Assembly (NCBI GenBank): GCA_042408215.1
Contig: JAYFMW010000008.1
Span: forward strand, 224,001 to 288,000
Length of the DNA: 64,000 nt
Direction of reading: 5' to 3'
Source: Microcoleus sp.
GTDB taxonomy: Bacteria; Cyanobacteriota; Cyanobacteriia; Cyanobacteriales; Microcoleaceae
The notes under the pieces are model-generated. The model worked only from the letters and a program-made list of their open reading frames with translations. It was not told where the DNA came from and did not search any database. Of this stretch, positions 19,851-27,855 are shown piece after piece. The first letter of the stretch is position 1. Each line of letters starts with the position of its first letter. Both the position numbers and the translations under genes were made by a program.

Positions 19851-22091
19851 ATGACAGCAACTACCCCGAAGGCAACGTCAACAACGCCCGCTTTTTGCGA
19901 AGGCATTCAATATTTTTCCGAGACAGTACCTGGTTTTGAGACTTACGGGAAAGCACCTGCGATCGCAAGCGGAAGCAAATCGATCGCCGATCCAGCCGAT
20001 CCCGCAGCCGTCTTTCAAACAATGCTCGCAGCAGACGCCCTGCGCTACCTGACACTGCAAGTAACAGCCAGCAAGGCCTCTGGACATCCGGGGGGATTTG
20101 CTAGCCAAGCCGAGGCTTACGCAGCCTTGGTGATGCTAGGACACAAGAATATTGTCACCGAAGTCGGGCATCACGCCCCCGGCTTTTATAGTGCCATGTT
20201 TCTCGATCGCTCTTTAGAAGACATGGGAATTGTCAACGTACAGCAAGTGCGCGACAAATTCCGAGAAAAAGACGGTTTATTAGGACATCTTTCCGGCTTC
20301 ATTCCAGGTCTTTTAGCACCAGCCGGCCCCCTCGGACAAGGGCAGCATTTTGCCATGTCAGGAGCACTTTTGCACCGCGACAAACTGTTTGCTTTCACAA
20401 TGGGCGACGGCGGCATGGGCGAACCCTATCCGATGAGCAGCATGGGACATTTTCACACTGCTTATCCGAGCGTTACCAACTTTTTACCAGTGTTAGTTTG
20501 GAACGGATATTCTCAGGAACATCATAGCATGGTTTCGACTAAAACCAATGCAGAAATGATTGCTTATTGGCAAGGAAATGGTTTTGAAGAAATCATCTTA
20601 ATTGACGCTAAGGAATTTGACGATCAAAATCAAGCTGGAGATTATGTTGACAGCACTGCTTTTTCACTCGAACAGCGGATGGCGTTTACCAAAGCTGTTT
20701 TGCAAGGGGTTGACAAAGCAGCAAAATCTGCTCTCGGCGGCAAATTAACTGTGTTTATCATCAAACAGTTGAAAGGTGCCGGCGTGCACGCGCGCGGAGC
20801 AAAATCGCACAATCTTTATCCCAAAGATACGCTGGATGCACCACACATTGTCAGTGCTTTAAAAGAGCGTGCTTTGACTGTGGAAGCTTGGCAATTGGTG
20901 CGGACAAATGCTGAACGTGCGGGCGGCGGGCCGGCAGCAAAAACAGTGGTAACAGAGTTTGAATTGCCGCTGGCAGATTTAGGCGAATTGCCTTTAGAGG
21001 AATTTGCAGTTGGTGGTGAAGCGAAGGTTTCGACAACAGCAATGGGACGTTTGGTAGGAAAAGTCGGTGAGCGCGATCGGACTTTTATTGTTACCAATGC
21101 TGACGGTAATGAAGCATCGGGAATTGCCAACATCAACCAAGCCCTGAAAATCATTCACCCTACCACAGATGACCTGTACAATCAAGGGCCAAACGGACAA
21201 GTTTACGAACCTTTGAGTGAAGATGCTTGTGCAGGTTTAGCCGTAGGTTTGTCGCTATTCGGCGCGCGGAGTTTGTGGTGTTCCTACGAATCTTTTGCGA
21301 TTAATGGTTTACCAATTTGGCAAACAGTCACCCAAGCAATGGCAGAATTGCGGCGTGCAACTCCAGCTACTGTCACCTTATTTACTGCGGGTGCTTTAGA
21401 GCAAGGCCGCAATGGTTGGACGCACCAACGCCCGGAAATTGAGGCTTATTTTGCGGCGATGATGCGTAACGGAAATGTGTTTCCTTTGTTTCCACCGGAT
21501 GCTAACAGTATTCAAGCTTGTTACGATTGGGCTTTGACTGCTAAGAATAAGGGAATTGTGATTACTGCGAGCAAGTCGCCGCTACCAATTCGGACTACTT
21601 TTGCACAGACTCGCCAAGGTTTGGAAGATGGTGCTATTGTGTTGCATGAAATCGATCCTCCCCAAACCCCTCTTAATCAAGGGGGGAGTAAGAAAGTTGT
21701 ATTTGCTGTAATTGGCGATATGACGTTAATACCTGTGTTTGAAGCGGCCGCATTTTTGGAAACAGAAGGAATTGGAGTGCGGATTGTTTCTATTATCAAT
21801 CCTCGGCGTTTGTATCGTCCTAGTGATGTTGCTTGGGATACTTGTTCCGACGCTGACGGCGGCTTTTTGAGCGATGACAAATTTGCCGAATTGTTTGGTG
21901 GAGATGCCTTAATTGGCGTGACAGGCGGTGCTTCTGGGATGTTGGAACCGGTGATGCTACGGAGCAATTGTCGGCGGGATACTTTCGCTTGGAAGCGGGG
22001 GGAAACTACTGCTAGTGCTGGTCAATTGATGGCGTTTAATGGGTTGACTGCTGAGGCTTTGACTAAAAGGGCGATCGAGTTAGTTCATTAG
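19851..22091 (+). CDS. ThDP-dependent phosphoketolase/transketolase-family protein
   Basis: SGHPGG, GHHAPG, AGPLGQG, GDGGMGE ThDP motif, LSEDAC, RNGWTHQRP. Confidence 0.88.
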   Translation: MTATTPKATSTTPAFCEGIQYFSETVPGFETYGKAPAIASGSKSIADPADPAAVFQTMLAADALRYLTLQVTASKASGHPGGFASQAEAYAALVMLGHKNIVTEVGHHAPGFYSAMFLDRSLEDMGIVNVQQVRDKFREKDGLLGHLSGFIPGLLAPAGPLGQGQHFAMSGALLHRDKLFAFTMGDGGMGEPYPMSSMGHFHTAYPSVTNFLPVLVWNGYSQEHHSMVSTKTNAEMIAYWQGNGFEEIILIDAKEFDDQNQAGDYVDSTAFSLEQRMAFTKAVLQGVDKAAKSALGGKLTVFIIKQLKGAGVHARGAKSHNLYPKDTLDAPHIVSALKERALTVEAWQLVRTNAERAGGGPAAKTVVTEFELPLADLGELPLEEFAVGGEAKVSTTAMGRLVGKVGERDRTFIVTNADGNEASGIANINQALKIIHPTTDDLYNQGPNGQVYEPLSEDACAGLAVGLSLFGARSLWCSYESFAINGLPIWQTVTQAMAELRRATPATVTLFTAGALEQGRNGWTHQRPEIEAYFAAMMRNGNVFPLFPPDANSIQACYDWALTAKNKGIVITASKSPLPIRTTFAQTRQGLEDGAIVLHEIDPPQTPLNQGGSKKVVFAVIGDMTLIPVFEAAAFLETEGIGVRIVSIINPRRLYRPSDVAWDTCSDADGGFLSDDKFAELFGGDALIGVTGGASGMLEPVMLRSNCRRDTFAWKRGETTASAGQLMAFNGLTAEALTKRAIELVH

Positions 22092-22185
22092 ACCTTTCCA
22101 ATAATTCTTGTGGAACAGGCATCCTGCCTGTTCAAGACTGGCAATTCTTGCGATGTTTATTAAGAAATCAGGACACGGCAGTGCC

Positions 22186-22396
22186 CATTGGTGTCAACTT
22201 AACGTCAAACCAAGTCAGAGACTGCTGTTTGACTATTAAGCCTAGATCCCCCCGCATTCTTGCCCCCTACTCCCCCTTAAGAAGGGGGGGACAAGATTCT
22301 TCTCAAAGTCCCCCTTCTTAAGGGGGATTTAGGGGGATCTGGACTCAGGTAAAAACGAGATTTATCAAGGCTTTCAGGCTTAAGTTGACACCTATG
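22186..22396. mobile_element. 211-bp MITE with CA...TG terminal inverted repeats and a 9-bp target-site duplication
   Basis: TIRs CATTGGTGTCAACTTAA and TTAAGTTGACACCTATG; GGCAGTGCC duplicated at 22177-22185 and 22397-22405. Confidence 0.85.
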
Positions 22397-22499
22397 GGCA
22401 GTGCCGTGTCCCTACAATTGATAGCGGTAGGGAAACGGCAGTGCCGTGTCCTCTATATCATTCCGGCGCAGCCGGAATTGATATAATATTTAAAATAGG

Positions 22500-23108
22500 A
22501 TGGTGATACCTATGACAGCACAACTTTTAAAAGAAACAGTTACCCTTGCCGAACAGCGATTACTTCTACCCGGTTATTATAGTTGGGAGCAATTTGAGGC
22601 GATCGAATCTTTGATGGCAGACTCTTCGGGTTTGCGGATAACTTATCTTGATGGGTGGATTGAGTTTATGACATTGGGTGAAGCGCATGAAAGCTTTAAA
22701 AAAGCGATCGCTATATTGCTGGAAGCATACTTTTGTGAGTTCGGAATTACATTCTTTCCTGTAGGTAGTGCTACTCGCAGGGATAAAACCAAAGATGTTT
22801 CATTTGAACCTGATGAGTCTTATTATATAGGTGAAAAGAAAGAGCATCCCGATTTAGCAATAGAAGTGACGATGACTAGCGGGAGTACAAATAAACTAGC
22901 TAAGTATTTGCGACTTCGCATCCCTGAAGTCTGGTTTTGGGAAAATAATCGGCTTGATGTTTATGGGCTGCGCGAGGATAATTATGAGCAAGTTTCAAGA
23001 AGTGAGTTGTTGCCGGAATTGGATTTAGAATTGCTGGTGCGTTGCGTTTTAATGCCTTCAATAATTGAGGCTAGACAGGAGTTTATTAAGGGGATTCGGC
23101 CGCAGTAA
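22500..23108 (+). CDS. Uma2/DUF820-family endonuclease-like protein
   Basis: SWEQFEAI, RITYLDGWIEFM, EPDESYY, PDLAIEV, KLAKY..L.IPEVWFW. Confidence 0.92.
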   Translation: MVIPMTAQLLKETVTLAEQRLLLPGYYSWEQFEAIESLMADSSGLRITYLDGWIEFMTLGEAHESFKKAIAILLEAYFCEFGITFFPVGSATRRDKTKDVSFEPDESYYIGEKKEHPDLAIEVTMTSGSTNKLAKYLRLRIPEVWFWENNRLDVYGLREDNYEQVSRSELLPELDLELLVRCVLMPSIIEARQEFIKGIRPQ

Positions 23109-23272
23109 TTTGGTTAATTAATCAGAGTTACGCAAGAAATCGTTTGATATGGTATAATCTACATGGTTAAAGACTGACTTTTTGTCAGGCGCAACGGAAC
23201 ACAGTAGAATGGCTAAGTATCCCTATTCTACAAAAATGGTTATACATAACAACATTTAATACACATTGAACT

Positions 23273-24394
23273 ATGTCCCTGCAAGATGAGATTGACAAAA
23301 CAAGGCAAGAAATTAGGACTGATGGCTACTCAATGTCTATTGGAGAGTGGATCAGCCTTTATGAGAAGAGTGAGATTGATATTCATCCAGATTTTCAGAG
23401 ATTTTTTCGTTGGTCCGATCATCAAAAATCAACCTTCATAGAATCAATCTTGCTAGGTATACCTATTCCACCAATTTTTGTTAGCCAAAGAGATGATGGT
23501 GTTTGGGATGTTGTAGATGGTGTTCAGAGACTATCAACAATATATGAATTTGTCGGTCTTTTGAAAAAAGATGAATCAGAAAAAGATGAATCAGAAAACA
23601 ATGCACATCCAGTAGCTCTACAAAAAACTACATATTTAGCTTCTTTAGAAGGTAAAAAATGGGACGATCCAAATGACAAAGATAATTCTTTCACTCAAAC
23701 ACAACGTTTATTGATTAAGCGCTCAAAAATTGCTGTCAATATTGTTGAGAAAGAAAGCGACAAAATGATTAAATATGAGCTCTTTCAGCGACTGAATACA
23801 GGAGGTTCAGTTGCTACACCTCAAGAAGTGAGAAATTGCATTCTTTTGATGTTGAATAAAGATTTATATCAATTGATGCGTTCACTTGCCGATTATGAAT
23901 CATTCAAAAAATGCACGGCTTTAAGCGATAGACTCTATGAAGAAAAGTATGATATGGAGTTAGTATTGCGTTTCATACTTCTCTTCGATCAAAATAAGAG
24001 CAGCCTTCAAAAGTTGGGTGGTGATGTTCACGTTTTCCTAACAGAAAAAATGCGTGAAATGGCTGTCAATAAAGAATTAGATTATCACCATATAGAAACC
24101 GCATTCAAAACAACATTCGATCTTCTTAATGAAACTACAGGTGATGATAGTTTCAAGAGATATAAATCTGAACAAGACAGGTTCCTTGGTGGTTTTCTAT
24201 TATCGGCATATGAAGTGGTAGCATTGGGAATCGGATATAACTATAAAAATCTACCTCAAACAAACCAGATATCTGATAAAATAAAAGGTATTTGGTCACA
24301 TCCAACTTATCAAAAATGGTCGGGTGCCGGCGTGAATGCTGCAAGACGTTTACCTTACCTGATTCCGCTTGGTAGAGAAGTATTTTCACCCTAA
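23273..24394 (+). CDS. DUF262 (GmrS/ParB-like) domain protein
   Basis: PDFQRFFRW, FIESILLGIPIPPIF, VVDGVQRLST, LFQRLNTGG motifs. Confidence 0.88.
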   Translation: MSLQDEIDKTRQEIRTDGYSMSIGEWISLYEKSEIDIHPDFQRFFRWSDHQKSTFIESILLGIPIPPIFVSQRDDGVWDVVDGVQRLSTIYEFVGLLKKDESEKDESENNAHPVALQKTTYLASLEGKKWDDPNDKDNSFTQTQRLLIKRSKIAVNIVEKESDKMIKYELFQRLNTGGSVATPQEVRNCILLMLNKDLYQLMRSLADYESFKKCTALSDRLYEEKYDMELVLRFILLFDQNKSSLQKLGGDVHVFLTEKMREMAVNKELDYHHIETAFKTTFDLLNETTGDDSFKRYKSEQDRFLGGFLLSAYEVVALGIGYNYKNLPQTNQISDKIKGIWSHPTYQKWSGAGVNAARRLPYLIPLGREVFSP

Positions 24395-25053
24395 TGAGTA
24401 TCCGAACTGCTGAACAATTAAGTGATAAGCTTTCAACTGATCTTGCTTGGCGAAAGAAGGAACTTTCGGAACTCAAATCCTTGGTAGAAGCGAGAAATGT
24501 TTCTCCTCAAAGGCATAGTGCGTTGATTCGGAGTGGAATATGTATTCTCTATGCTCATTGGGAAGGTTTTGTCAAATTAGCATCAAATAGTTACCTAGAG
24601 TATGTTGCTATGCAAAAGCTTCGCTACGATCAGCTTAGTAGCAATTTTCTAGCTCTGGCAATGAAGACAAAATTGAATGAGGCGAGAGACACAAATAAAC
24701 CATCATTATATATACCTGTTTGTGATTTCTTCCTTTCTAACTTAAATACTAAATGCTCTTTGCCATACAAAGACAAAGATGCAATTTCTACTGCATCCAA
24801 TCTGTCTTCTGACATTTTGAAGGAAATAACTTGTACTCTGGGAATAGACTTTTCGGTTTACTCTACTAAGTCCGTGTTAATCGATATTAAGCTTTTGAAA
24901 ACAAGAAACGAAATTGCACATGGTAACTATTTGACGGTTGACAGAGAAGAGTATATAGAGTTACACGCAGAAATTATGGGAATGCTTGATGTATTCCGTA
25001 ATCAGATAGAAAATGCTGCTGTTAATAAGGATTTTATGCGGAATTCACCTTAG
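24394..25053 (+). CDS. HEPN-domain putative RNase (MAE_28990/MAE_18760-like)
   Basis: W R..E, LYAHWEGFVK, SNLSS, RNEIAHG (Rx4H HEPN motif); TAATG overlap with the DUF262 gene. Confidence 0.85.
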   Translation: MSIRTAEQLSDKLSTDLAWRKKELSELKSLVEARNVSPQRHSALIRSGICILYAHWEGFVKLASNSYLEYVAMQKLRYDQLSSNFLALAMKTKLNEARDTNKPSLYIPVCDFFLSNLNTKCSLPYKDKDAISTASNLSSDILKEITCTLGIDFSVYSTKSVLIDIKLLKTRNEIAHGNYLTVDREEYIELHAEIMGMLDVFRNQIENAAVNKDFMRNSP

Positions 25054-25231
25054 ACGGGCGATCGCAACTCGTGCAATTATCGCAGTGTTTGGTATTTGCT
25101 GCGAAGGGCGATCGCTCTTGATTTTGGTGGGGCGACAGCTACCAATGTTTACTTGATGTTTTATCCTAAACCCGATCTTGCCAAAGCACTCTCAGGTAAG
25201 CTAGAATTGCAGGAAGTTTCTGGAGTCTGAC

Positions 25232-25459
25232 ATGGAAACAACGTTAAATATTGAATATCTTACGAACAAAGACGGAGATGTAAGCGCTGTGGTGATTCCT
25301 ATTGAGCTATGGCGACAACTACTACTACCTAATGAAGAAGTTTCTGTCGATAAACTCGCGGGTGCGGTAGAAGATTATTGCATGAACAAAGCAATGGATG
25401 AAGCTGTTAATACTCCCTTGCTAAATCGCTCGGAAGCCTTAGCTTATCTTGAGGAATAA
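25232..25459 (+). CDS. Putative antitoxin (75 aa)
   Basis: YLTNKDG...AVVIPIE.W..L...EDY....AM pattern; lies directly upstream of a RelE-like fragment. Confidence 0.7.
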   Translation: METTLNIEYLTNKDGDVSAVVIPIELWRQLLLPNEEVSVDKLAGAVEDYCMNKAMDEAVNTPLLNRSEALAYLEE

Positions 25460-25464
25460 TTATC

Positions 25465-25584
25465 TTGGAAGTTCAATACCGTCAGGCTTTTCTAAAAGAC
25501 TTGAAACAACTGAAGAGTTCGACATCATACCAAACAATCAGCGCACTGTTTGGTATTTGCTGCGAAGGGCGATCGATCCACTGA
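25465..25584 (+). pseudogene. Truncated RelE/ParE-like toxin
   Basis: MEVQYRQAFLKDLKQLK N-terminus typical of RelE toxins; runs into a 34-bp repeat after about 25 codons and stops at 39 aa. Confidence 0.7.
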
Positions 25585-25590
25585 AGGGAT

Positions 25591-26115
25591 TTACCCCACA
25601 CTCAGTAATTCATCAAGCTTGTTCTTTAGTTCGGGCGATGCTATTAGTGGTCTATAAACTTCACCTTCATAGGGCTTCCAAACATATCCAAGACTGAACG
25701 GTCGAAAAAGCGAAGACGATCCAATCGCTTGCCAAACAGCTTCAGCTAAAACCAATCCTGGAAAAACCAAGGCCGATTCTTCAATCAATTCGCTATAGGT
25801 TCTAAACTCGTCTACTTCCATACCCACTAAAGCATACCGAAACGGCGGAGCAAACCGCAAACTCTGATACAGAAAGATACCTATTTCTGTCATTAAATAA
25901 GCACTTTCTGGAGTGTCTATCCCAATCTCACTGATGCCACTTGGACAAACTCGGCACCACCAATTTTCTTCTATATCCTGAAAAATTTCTGCCCGACATT
26001 GGGAATGTCTACCGTTTGAGATCGTCCAGGAAATTTGATTGAAATATTGAGCAAATTGCTCTGCTTCAGATTGCTTTGTCCCACATTCAGCCGATAAGCT
26101 AAACACCCATGCCAT
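25591..26115 (-). CDS. Hypothetical protein, candidate immunity protein
   Basis: Acidic/aromatic 174-aa ORF 30 bp downstream of the Tse2-like gene; AAGGGAG RBS. Confidence 0.7.
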   Translation of the reverse strand: MAWVFSLSAECGTKQSEAEQFAQYFNQISWTISNGRHSQCRAEIFQDIEENWWCRVCPSGISEIGIDTPESAYLMTEIGIFLYQSLRFAPPFRYALVGMEVDEFRTYSELIEESALVFPGLVLAEAVWQAIGSSSLFRPFSLGYVWKPYEGEVYRPLIASPELKNKLDELLSVG

Positions 26116-26145
26116 TGCTGTTCTCCCCTTGACTAAATTAAACTA

Positions 26146-26589
26146 TCAAACTTTCTCCCATTCGCTTTGTGTCTGGGCGAGGGCTGTTTCATATTTGTCT
26201 AAAAGCATTGTAGCGCTTGGCAAAATACTGACATGAGTTGGACTATCTTGTACAGCTTCAATATCTCCGACGATCTTGCTGTCGTCAATCTGCCAAAGAG
26301 GATCTTTTCCTGTGCCGCCAAATTTTGGGGGTTTGCGAAATGGTGGCAAGCCTTCGATAGATAGGGATACGGACATTCCTTTTGTGTTTCTTATGGCTAC
26401 AGTGACAGACTCCTCTGAAGACTTGCGCTCTGTTTCTGGCCGTAAATAACCTTGTTCATCCAACCATTCTTTGGGCACTTGCTCAACATCAATGTCAATA
26501 GCGGGTCTGACTCCCAGTAGCCTCGCATTGCGTCCGATTTTGGGTTTACCGTTTTCTTCTGCCATGCCTCGATAATAGAGTCTTGTCAT
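26146..26589 (-). CDS. Putative Tse2-like ADP-ribosyltransferase toxin
   Basis: LYYRGM...GMSVS...THVSILP..TM....Y..AL arrangement resembles the R-S-H core of Tse2-family ART folds (recognised by eye). Confidence 0.55.
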   Translation of the reverse strand: MTRLYYRGMAEENGKPKIGRNARLLGVRPAIDIDVEQVPKEWLDEQGYLRPETERKSSEESVTVAIRNTKGMSVSLSIEGLPPFRKPPKFGGTGKDPLWQIDDSKIVGDIEAVQDSPTHVSILPSATMLLDKYETALAQTQSEWEKV

Positions 26590-26848
26590 GAGCGTTTCAT
26601 CAGCCTAACACGATCGCCAGACTAATTATAAGGTAATTGCTGCATTGGTTTCACGCGATCGATCTTGATGCGCGATCGGGCGATCGCGTGAGGTGAGAAA
26701 CCGGGTTTCTGAACAAAATCTCGGCGGCGATGCTTTAGTTATCTGAGAAACCCGGTTTCTGGCGATCGCGTGGGGGTGAAAAACCGGGTTTCTAAATAAA
26801 ATCTCGGCGGCGATGCCTGAGTTATCTGAGAAACCAGGTTTCTGAACA

Positions 26849-26877
26849 TTGACGCTTGAGTTAAACTGTGATATAAT
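26849..26877 (+). promoter_or_regulatory. Near-consensus sigma70 promoter of the antitoxin-toxin operon
   Basis: TTGACG-N17-TATAAT with TG extended -10, 18 bp before the ATG at 26896. Confidence 0.75.
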
Positions 26878-26895
26878 GAATAAAGTAACTATGAA

Positions 26896-27171
26896 ATGGC
26901 AATGGCTACACTTCAGATTCAAAATCTACCCGATGAATTATACACTCGTATTCAATGTCTTGCCTCTGAAAAAAATTTTACTCTCAATGAGGCAGTAATT
27001 CATCTATTGAAGCAATCGTTTGAGTCCGACAAGGTGATGATAGATCGGGCGCAAGAAAGCCAACTAACGTCAGCAATCCTACAAAGGATTCGCAGTCGTC
27101 CCAGAGTTAACCCAAGGGATTTTGGATTAACAGATAGCACTGTTTTGATTCGAGAGGATCGCAACAGATGA
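26896..27171 (+). CDS. Ribbon-helix-helix (FitA/Arc-like) antitoxin
   Basis: MATLQIQNLPDELY.RI..LA N-terminus and DS..LIREDR.R C-terminus; ATGA overlap with the PIN gene. Confidence 0.85.
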   Translation: MAMATLQIQNLPDELYTRIQCLASEKNFTLNEAVIHLLKQSFESDKVMIDRAQESQLTSAILQRIRSRPRVNPRDFGLTDSTVLIREDRNR

Positions 27172-27624
27172 CTGTTCCGCTGGTAATGCGTACTGGATAC
27201 AAATATTTGTATTAAGCAGTTTATCGTCGATCCTTTGACTCCTAAAGTTAATCAATTATTCGATTGTCTTGACGATCCGGCTGTTGAGTTTTTTGTGCCA
27301 GATCTGTTTTATATTGAGTGTGCTAATGTTCTTTGGAAGTATGTTCGAGCTAAACTCTACACTGCCGAACAAGTTCAGGCCGATCTAAGTGACTTAAAAG
27401 CTTTACGATTTCAAGTTACTTCAACCAAAGAGCTAATGAATAAAGCTGTTCAAATTGGATTGGACTATGGTATCACAGCTTATGATGGCTGCTATGTGGC
27501 ACTGTCAAAGCAAGTTACGGCACCGTTGCTAACATTGGATGAACGGTTAGTGAATTCTTTGACAGGTAGTGAGTTTGATGTGCAATTGTTTACAAATTTT
27601 ACAGTGCCGTCTTTATCTACCTAA
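27168..27624 (+). pseudogene. vapC: VapC/PIN toxin with a +1 frameshift near codon 6
   Basis: ATG ACT GTT CCG CTG, then GTAA, then in the shifted frame CVLDTNICIK...PDLFYIECANVLWK...TAYDGCYVAL...LLTLDERL. Confidence 0.78.
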
Positions 27625-27855
27625 TAATTAGGATCGACTAAAAGATATGAGGCGATTTAATGTTTTTAGATGGTTAGAAATAGGCGATCGCACTTTTTTT
27701 GGTGAGGCGATCGCGTGGGGGTGAGAAACCGGGTCTCTGAACAAAATCTCGGCGGCGATGCTTGAGTTATCTGAGAAACCAGGTTTCTTAAGTTGCGATC
27801 GCACTGAAGCTCAAGGAGCGCCACTTCGTCCGCTACAATAAAGTCTTAGATGCTT

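Larger units (their letters stand above)
26680..27788. repeat. Three copies of an ~82-bp HIP1-initiated palindromic repeat (26680-26760, 26762-26843, 27707-27788) flanking the vapBC pair
   Basis: Consensus GCGATCGCGTGRGG(G)TGARAAACCGGGTTTCT...AATCTCGGCGGCGATGC..AGTTATCTGAGAAACC.GGTTTCT. Confidence 0.88.
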
